Below are positions 57,551 through 64,000 of a stretch of 64,000 nucleotides of DNA, piece by piece. The notes under the pieces are model-generated. The model was not told the DNA's origin and did no database searches. It was given only the letters and a program-made list of their open reading frames with translations. Both the position numbers and the translations under genes were made by a program. Positions within the stretch are counted from its first letter, which is position 1, and the number at the start of each line of letters is the position of its first letter. Source of the DNA: a virus; IMG/VR virus record IMGVR_UViG_3300050821_003884, positions 16,898 through 80,897 of that record, one strand, 5' to 3'.

Positions 57551-58579
57551 ATGAAAACAGCTTTACGCATGATCGGGCTGGTCGCTCTGATCGCGGCGGT
57601 GCTGGCAGGCGTCTCCCTCATCTCCGACCGCGCTATACCTGCGCAGGTGACCGTAGGCAATACGGGCATCCAGTATGTCACCAGCGCTCCTACGGGGGCG
57701 TGTAACGCCGGTAACGCGCCACTGACTATCGTCCGTCCCAGCGGGGCTATGTATACGTGCGCAAGCGGGACATGGAGCCAAGCGGGTGGTGGCCCCGGTT
57801 CGGCGGTGACCTCGGTTTCGAATAGCGACAGCACCCTCGTCATCTTGCCTACGACCGGCGATGTGGTGGCCGCGCTTAATCTGGGCCATGCAAATAATTG
57901 GACCGCAAATAACCACGTTTTTAGCGGGGCAGGCGCAGCATCGACGCCCGCCGTTTCTTTCACAGGTACACCGTTCGCCGGTACAGGTACGACTAGTATC
58001 CCGCTGATGTACTTCACGAATGGCGGAGCGCCGCCTTCCGCGACGTGGAACACGAATGCAACATACATGGGCATCGAAGCGCCAGTGGGATGGGCCGGAA
58101 ACTTCGTGGATTTTCAGCGGAACGGTAGCAGCTTCTTCTCGGTTAACAGCGTCGGAGCCGTAACTGCGGGCAGTCTCTACTCGGGCAGCAGCTTTCGTAC
58201 TGTGGCCGCATCTGGAGGATTCTTTGAGCTTAATGCCGGAGGCGCTCCAGCGTGGTTAACTTCTCCCGGCAGTGGCGTGGTGAATATCGGAACCACGAAT
58301 GGGGCGTCGAACGGTACGGTTAATGTCGCAACCCTTCAGGCTTCCGCTCTCATTCAGCAGGCAGCCAACGCCTTTGGCGGGACATGCACGATGGCCTCGG
58401 GCACAACCTGCACAGTCACAATCGGCAAGAGCTACACGGCCCCAGTCTGCATTGCAACCGTACAAAATGGGACGGTGATTACGGGAGGCTGTACGGTAAG
58501 CGGTGCCGTGGCCACGATCACAGCGGCCACCACCAACTCCTCAACGTGGGGCGCAGTCGTGTTCGGGAATCCTAACTAA
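57551..58579 (+). CDS. Signal-peptide fibre-like protein, paralog 3
   Basis: Shared module; ANNWTANNHVF fibre repeat. Confidence 0.7.
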   Translation: MKTALRMIGLVALIAAVLAGVSLISDRAIPAQVTVGNTGIQYVTSAPTGACNAGNAPLTIVRPSGAMYTCASGTWSQAGGGPGSAVTSVSNSDSTLVILPTTGDVVAALNLGHANNWTANNHVFSGAGAASTPAVSFTGTPFAGTGTTSIPLMYFTNGGAPPSATWNTNATYMGIEAPVGWAGNFVDFQRNGSSFFSVNSVGAVTAGSLYSGSSFRTVAASGGFFELNAGGAPAWLTSPGSGVVNIGTTNGASNGTVNVATLQASALIQQAANAFGGTCTMASGTTCTVTIGKSYTAPVCIATVQNGTVITGGCTVSGAVATITAATTNSSTWGAVVFGNPN

Positions 58580-58592
58580 GAGGAAGGAACTT

Positions 58593-58994
58593 ATGAGTGG
58601 TTATGCCGGAGCAGGACAGGCAACGCTGTTGCGCGGGAACCAGCAGGTATTTTTATTTCAGCAGGAACTCATTGTCGCTGGCAGGGCGAGCCGCGCCGTC
58701 CAGTTAGAAAGAATTAGCCGCCCTTATTACCCATGGGGTGTGTCTTTCCAGCTTTCCTTTGCGGACGTAAACGGCCTTCCGGCTGATCCGGGAGCGTTCG
58801 AGGTGGACATCCAGACATCGGATGTCGATCAGGACATTCAGTACGCCACCATTAATTCATGGGTGAACGACGCCAGCCTGAACGCGACCTTTGCGGGACG
58901 CATCGAGCTTCCCGTTTTCTATGCGAAATACGTCCGCGCATTCATGAAAACGCTGACGAACGCCGTATACACGACTGTCGTGGCGACGCGCTGA
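58593..58994 (+). CDS. Virion-region protein
   Basis: AGGAAGG RBS. Confidence 0.55.
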   Translation: MSGYAGAGQATLLRGNQQVFLFQQELIVAGRASRAVQLERISRPYYPWGVSFQLSFADVNGLPADPGAFEVDIQTSDVDQDIQYATINSWVNDASLNATFAGRIELPVFYAKYVRAFMKTLTNAVYTTVVATR

Positions 58995-59001
58995 GGAAAC
59001 C

Positions 59002-59481
59002 ATGGACAGACAGCGTGCGCAGAATTTAATTGAGCAGCACGAGGGGCGGCGTAACCGGGCCTATGCCGACACCGAGGGAATTCTGACGATTGGCATCGGA
59101 TTTAATTTAGAGGAGCCTAGCGCACGTTCCCGTATTGAGGCGCTGGAAGTGGATCACGGCGCACTGTGCGCGGGTCAGGCTTCGCTGACCGACGCGCAGA
59201 TCGACACCCTGTTCAGTCGCGATCTCGACACCGCCATCTCCGACGCCGCGTCGCGGGTGCCGGACTTCTGGAACCAGCCGGAAGATGTGCAGCTTGCCAT
59301 GGTGGACATGATTTTTAATCTGGGCGGGCCGCGTTTTTCGAAGTTCACCGACATGATCGCAGCGCTGAAGGCGAAGGATTACCTGACGGCGGCGGCAGAG
59401 ATGGCTGATTCCAAGTGGGCCAAGCAGGTTTCCAACCGCGCTGCCGACAATATCGCACTGGTACGTGGATGCGCAGCGTGA
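59002..59481 (+). CDS. Endolysin, GH24/T4-type lysozyme
   Basis: HEG...AYADTEG..TIGIG.NL, DMIFNLG, SKWAKQV..RA. Confidence 0.9.
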   Translation: MDRQRAQNLIEQHEGRRNRAYADTEGILTIGIGFNLEEPSARSRIEALEVDHGALCAGQASLTDAQIDTLFSRDLDTAISDAASRVPDFWNQPEDVQLAMVDMIFNLGGPRFSKFTDMIAALKAKDYLTAAAEMADSKWAKQVSNRAADNIALVRGCAA

Positions 59482-59497
59482 AGCACAGGAGGACTCT

Positions 59498-59845
59498 ATG
59501 AATCCGCAGATGGAGAAGGCCAAGCACTGGGTTATCACAACTGTTGTCTCGATGCTGGGCGGTGGCGCGGCGGCTGGGTTTGGCGCGATGATGGACCCAT
59601 CGAAGTATGACATCCGGCATGACCTTTTCTCCGGGAAGTTATGGAAGTACGTCTTTATGGGCTGGGGCCTGACCTTCGCTGGCATCATGGTGAAATCTCC
59701 ACTCGGGCAGAAAGTAATCGCCGTCACCAAGCAGAACAAAGAGCAACTGGAGCAGACGCAGAGGGATTTAGATCAGGCCAAGGCCGATCTGAAAGCTGCC
59801 ATGGGTCCAACGCCCGCAACGCCGCCAGATAAAGCGAAATCTTGA
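59498..59845 (+). CDS. Holin-like two-TM protein
   Basis: Two hydrophobic helices plus coiled coil, next to the lysozyme. Confidence 0.55.
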   Translation: MNPQMEKAKHWVITTVVSMLGGGAAAGFGAMMDPSKYDIRHDLFSGKLWKYVFMGWGLTFAGIMVKSPLGQKVIAVTKQNKEQLEQTQRDLDQAKADLKAAMGPTPATPPDKAKS

Positions 59846-59919
59846 TGACACCCTAGCCGAAGCGGTGTTATAACTGCCGGTAAAGATACGCGCTCTGCTA
59901 GATTCGTAACAAGGCAATC

Positions 59920-59969
59920 AAGCGGCGGCTTTTCCGGCTAACTACCGGGGAGCCGCCGCTTTTTATTTT
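59920..59969 (+). terminator. Intrinsic terminator
   Basis: AGCGGCGGCT...AGCCGCCGCT followed by TTTTATTTT. Confidence 0.7.
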
Positions 59970-59993
59970 GGCGCGACAAAGGAGATAACTCAG

Positions 59994-60149
59994 ATGGCTA
60001 AGCCAGCACTCGCCGAATGTGAAGATATGCCCTCTCACCCCAACGCGCCCAAAAAGGTGAACGCTCGTCAGCACGGCACGAACTCGTTCGTCAGGGGTGG
60101 AGGGAAAAAGGGCAAGGGGAAAAGGGGCCGCAAGCACGTAACGAAATAG
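59994..60149 (+). CDS. 51-aa basic peptide
   Basis: AAGGAG RBS; ends GGGKKGKGKRGRKHVTK. Confidence 0.55.
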   Translation: MAKPALAECEDMPSHPNAPKKVNARQHGTNSFVRGGGKKGKGKRGRKHVTK

Positions 60150-60156
60150 GGAAGCC

Positions 60157-60309
60157 GTGCCGACGGAAACCTATAAGTCCGAAGAAGCCTACCGGAAGGC
60201 CCGCGCCTACACACACATGCATGGCATAGTCACGCATGCCAAGCGTGTTTGTATTAAGGGCCGGGGATGCCACACGGTCAAGCACGGAAAGAGAACCCGC
60301 AAAAGGTGA
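60157..60309 (+). CDS. 50-aa basic peptide
   Basis: GTG start; MPTETYKSEEAYRKARAY...KRTRKR. Confidence 0.5.
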   Translation: MPTETYKSEEAYRKARAYTHMHGIVTHAKRVCIKGRGCHTVKHGKRTRKR

Positions 60310-60312
60310 GCA

Positions 60313-63300
60313 ATGAAATGGTTGTGGGCGATTCTTCTACTCCTGAGTCCGGTGCTGGCGCGAGCGCAAACCGCTGCACCGATTTCCGGCTTCTGCGTCA
60401 ACGGCGCAAAGCCAGCGATCACCAGCGGGCTGCCATCCAGTAACTACAATCAGAATTTAATTCCCAGATGCACGGTGCAGGTGTTTCTGGCGGGAAGCAC
60501 AAATCCGGCCACCATCTACGCCGATCAGAACAAGACGCCGCTGACCAATCCATTCACGGCCAACACGGATGGATCGTGGACATTCTACGTAGTTGCGCCG
60601 ACAACTCAGGGCACGAATCAGGCTTATGATGTCACCCTTTCGGGCGGCATCGCGCCGAATGTTTACACCCTGCCGCGAACCCTATCCAGCCTGTCGCTGG
60701 GCGGCGGCGGCGGCGCGACGCCAGCAGCCCCGCCATCCGGAAGCTTCCAGTTAAATTTAAATAACGTCTTCGCTTCCGATCAGTTGGCGATGTGGGACTT
60801 CACGAAGAAACAGGCACAGTTCTATGACGTGGCCGCGCAGCGCCCCAAGGTGGATATCCGCAATCCGCAATACGCGGGCGGCGCTGACCCGACAGGGGTG
60901 GCGGATTCCAGCAACGCGGTTTTGGCGGCTTACGCCGACCTTGTCGCGCATCCGTCTGCGACGGGCGTATATCCCTGCCTCTATGTGCCGACCGGTACAT
61001 ACATCATGACGAAGACGCTGCGCGTCACGAACCCCAGTTTTTGTATTGTGGGAGACAGCGGCAGCAACTCCATCCTGCGGATGATGGACCCGACCGTCAA
61101 CCTGATAACCATCAAGGCTGGCGGCATGACCAAAGGCTACCTCGCCAACTTTCAACTTCAAGGCAACGGGCATTTGTCGTCCGGCACCCTGCTGGAAGTG
61201 GACGACTCGTATCCCGTCATGACGAACGGCCTCGTGTTCGTCAACAACGGCGGCAGGTGTCTGGCTCTGAACGGCGGGGCAGAGCGGTTTCGCGCCTATG
61301 ACGCAGTGTTCTGGAACTGTCGCTGGTCGCTGGTGGAGTCGGGCAACACCAATGAAAATAAATTTTCCGGGCTTTTGGTGCTAAATCCCGGCTCAGATAC
61401 AGGCAACTATAGCTGGAATGTGAATGCCGTCAACGGCGTGTGGCCGGGGCCGAATCTGGGCCAGCCGGTTGCGGCAACGTGGGCAGCAAGCACGTTCTAT
61501 CCGCACAATGCGATTGTCAGCGATGGCTCCACGAACTGCTCCGGCGGAGCCTGCAATCAGCAGATGACTTCCGCGAGTCAGATATGCGGCGCAACTCCAC
61601 CCCCCTACGGCGCAGCCGATGGCTCGACCGCCAGCGATGGCGTATGCACATGGGCGAATATTTCCCGGCGCACCTTGGTTCGTCCCGAAAACCACGCTGC
61701 GATTGTGCTTTCCGGGCAGAACAACACGATTGACGGAGCTTGTTCAGTTAAGGCGCTGATCGATCAGAGCGGCATCATTTTTGGCGGCGAAACCGGAGTT
61801 GTCAGTAACTGCTACTTTGAAGGGTTTTTGGTAAAGGTTCCAAACCACTCCGTCCAGACACAAGGGCCGCTGGATCATTTTGTCGGAACCAGCACTCTGA
61901 ATGTCGGCGGACTCGTTGCATCCATTACCAACTCACAGTGGATGGGGCCTTATCGGAATGACCCTGCCGACGCGCAGGCGGTAAACATTGGCGGTGCTCT
62001 TGTATATGTCATTGTCCCGATTGACTACGACGCAGGATCGTCGGCCCCATCAGCAGTTCCCGGCGTGGCAAAGAACCAATACGAATACATCAATGTCGGC
62101 GCTGCGGCTTCCGATGGAAAGCTCTACATCGTAAACAGAAATCAGAGTGGATCGACTGCGCCAGCGAATACGACGTGGCTGGCAAATAATTACTTCTTCT
62201 TCCAGTACATCGGCCAAGGTGCTGGCCCGGTGCATTACAAAAACAATCATCTGGAGGCTACGCAGGCACCCGCAGCGGGGTATGCGATCCTCGGCACGGA
62301 CAACGACAACCCGGCAGCCGAAGTTTTACTTGGGCAGGAAGTAGATGGGCAGATTATTAAAGGGCCGGGACAGGGCACAAGATTTCCCGGCATGACTAAC
62401 TTGTTTGGCACACGTGAGATTGATCTTGACGGCAACATCACGCGGACTGGGCCGTGGGATCAAGGCTCAATCAAGGCTCCGATATATGGCGTTGTTGAGA
62501 TGCCCATGACCACCTATACGCCATTCTCATCCCCAACAACTTCAAACTGGCTTTACACCACCGCCCCGATTATCGGCACCTTCCACCACATACCGACCGC
62601 ATGGCCGGGAGGGAACTATTCAACCTATACGCTTGACTACCTGAACGGATTCATCGGGGGAGCGGACAGCAGCGGCACGGTGTTTAACCACTTTTACCTC
62701 AGGACTGCGGTGGGTGCGAACAACGCAGAGGCCCAAGTATTCACTAACCAGTATTGCTTCCAAGACACGCCGCCAGCATCGGGAGGCACCACACAAGCGA
62801 ATCATCAGTTCTGCTTTCAGGGCGATCCGGCCTTCGGCGCATCCACCGGCTTCTATATAAATTACTTTAGCGCGGGAGGAATGCGGAAGGCTTTCGGCGT
62901 GTCTCCGAACGCAAGCCTCGATGCCGTATTCAGCACAGGCAGGTATTACAACTTCAGCAATCAGTTTTTGGTAGACCCCGCTGGCGAAACAGCCAGCCCT
63001 AGTCGGGGCTTGGGTGCGCTGGTGGGCTATCAGGATGGCTTGGCCGTACAAGGTAAGTCAAACGCTGGCGCAGATTCCAACCCGGTGTTCGATGTGGCGA
63101 CCAACGACCTTACGCACCTCATGACTGTCCTGAATAACGGGAACGCGACGATTGGCGCTACCTCGCAGGGCATGATGTCCAATCGTGTGCGCAATTCCTA
63201 CAACTTCGCCGCCGCAACTTGGACGACGACAAACTCGCCCACCATCACGCCGGGGCAAACCGATGGGTGGGGCGGCACAACCGGAACGAAGATTGTTTCC

Positions 63301-63957
63301 ACGGTGGCAAACACCACACTGATCGACAACTATTCCGGAGCCGTTGATTTAAACGCGTATCTCACCTGTGTCCATACGAAGGGCAACACTGGCGGCGAGA
63401 CGGTCATGGCGACCGCGTTCAATAACGTATCACCAGCGCCGACCTATACCCTGACGACTAACTATGCGTGGTATTGCGCGACGAACAGCCGCACTGTCAA
63501 CCTTACATTTGCGTTTACACTCACGCTTCTTGTGCCCGAGACGATCTTCGTTGATGCCGTGCTTACCGTCTTTCAGGGCGCGGCTGGCTCAGCCGGTTCA
63601 TTTCTCTACACCGGCCCCGTCCCGCTCTATCTGCCCACCAACGGAACGCCTTACAGCACTCCCATTCTAGCCACCACTCAAGGCAATACGCTGGTTTCGC
63701 CAGTAGTGCTGTCTGGAGTGACTGGCAGCATCGGCGGTAGCGCTCTGGCGGCGGGAGCCTGCGCCACCGGAACCGCGTCCATCACCGGCGCGACGGTGGG
63801 GGAAGTAGGACAGGCTATGGCTGCGGACGGCACGTTTCAGGCAGGCTACGTGGTGTCGGCAGGGGGAACGGCGGCAGGTACAGCAACTGTGAACGTATGC
63901 GCGATTGTGGCGGGAACGCCGACAGCGAAGACGTACAACGTTCGCTTGTTGCCTTAA
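60313..63957 (+). CDS. Tailspike-like beta-helix protein with N-terminal signal peptide
   Basis: MKWLWAILLLLSPVLARA-Q; head-binding-like TIYAD...LTNPFTANTDG; pectate-lyase-like GADPTGVADS...LYVPTGTY. Confidence 0.75.
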   Translation: MKWLWAILLLLSPVLARAQTAAPISGFCVNGAKPAITSGLPSSNYNQNLIPRCTVQVFLAGSTNPATIYADQNKTPLTNPFTANTDGSWTFYVVAPTTQGTNQAYDVTLSGGIAPNVYTLPRTLSSLSLGGGGGATPAAPPSGSFQLNLNNVFASDQLAMWDFTKKQAQFYDVAAQRPKVDIRNPQYAGGADPTGVADSSNAVLAAYADLVAHPSATGVYPCLYVPTGTYIMTKTLRVTNPSFCIVGDSGSNSILRMMDPTVNLITIKAGGMTKGYLANFQLQGNGHLSSGTLLEVDDSYPVMTNGLVFVNNGGRCLALNGGAERFRAYDAVFWNCRWSLVESGNTNENKFSGLLVLNPGSDTGNYSWNVNAVNGVWPGPNLGQPVAATWAASTFYPHNAIVSDGSTNCSGGACNQQMTSASQICGATPPPYGAADGSTASDGVCTWANISRRTLVRPENHAAIVLSGQNNTIDGACSVKALIDQSGIIFGGETGVVSNCYFEGFLVKVPNHSVQTQGPLDHFVGTSTLNVGGLVASITNSQWMGPYRNDPADAQAVNIGGALVYVIVPIDYDAGSSAPSAVPGVAKNQYEYINVGAAASDGKLYIVNRNQSGSTAPANTTWLANNYFFFQYIGQGAGPVHYKNNHLEATQAPAAGYAILGTDNDNPAAEVLLGQEVDGQIIKGPGQGTRFPGMTNLFGTREIDLDGNITRTGPWDQGSIKAPIYGVVEMPMTTYTPFSSPTTSNWLYTTAPIIGTFHHIPTAWPGGNYSTYTLDYLNGFIGGADSSGTVFNHFYLRTAVGANNAEAQVFTNQYCFQDTPPASGGTTQANHQFCFQGDPAFGASTGFYINYFSAGGMRKAFGVSPNASLDAVFSTGRYYNFSNQFLVDPAGETASPSRGLGALVGYQDGLAVQGKSNAGADSNPVFDVATNDLTHLMTVLNNGNATIGATSQGMMSNRVRNSYNFAAATWTTTNSPTITPGQTDGWGGTTGTKIVSTVANTTLIDNYSGAVDLNAYLTCVHTKGNTGGETVMATAFNNVSPAPTYTLTTNYAWYCATNSRTVNLTFAFTLTLLVPETIFVDAVLTVFQGAAGSAGSFLYTGPVPLYLPTNGTPYSTPILATTQGNTLVSPVVLSGVTGSIGGSALAAGACATGTASITGATVGEVGQAMAADGTFQAGYVVSAGGTAAGTATVNVCAIVAGTPTAKTYNVRLLP

Positions 63958-63978
63958 GTGAGTTTTTGGGAGAAGGAA

Positions 63979-64000
63979 ATGAAGAAGCTCTGGGCGTTGC
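63979..64000 (+). CDS. Start of a further signal-peptide protein (truncated by the window)
   Basis: GGAGAAGG RBS, MKKLWAL. Confidence 0.5.

Noticed and set aside
1-64000. tRNA, rRNA, reverse transcriptase/DGR, tape-measure gene
   Set aside because: None recognised by eye; a covariance or HMM scan is needed to exclude them

Overview
A ~64 kb segment of a tailed-phage (or phage-plasmid/prophage) genome with two divergent arms. The left arm (1-27.1 kb, all minus strand) has a serine recombinase, VapBC plus orphan antitoxins, two Uma2-type nucleases, a nucleotidyltransferase, ParB, an AAA/vWA-peptidase module and about 50 small early ORFs. Most of these ORFs are preceded by a shared start-associated motif. 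A ~1.9 kb non-coding centre carries DnaA-box-like and iteron-like repeats. The right arm (29-64 kb, plus strand) holds middle genes, then terminase, portal, scaffold, capsid, lysozyme, holin and several signal-peptide-bearing virion-type proteins. The standout locus is 30.2-34.1 kb: about 70 tandem 36-nt dual-repeat units (AACCA-N8-GNGAGYRCCA-N8-GMGTG) flank a nuclease-less IS110/Nop-domain protein. This matches a TIGR-Tas (TasA-like) RNA-guided system. Here the array is also punctuated by a conserved ~30-bp element (one copy inverted) and an embedded small ORF. All calls come from reading motifs by eye; no searches were run.
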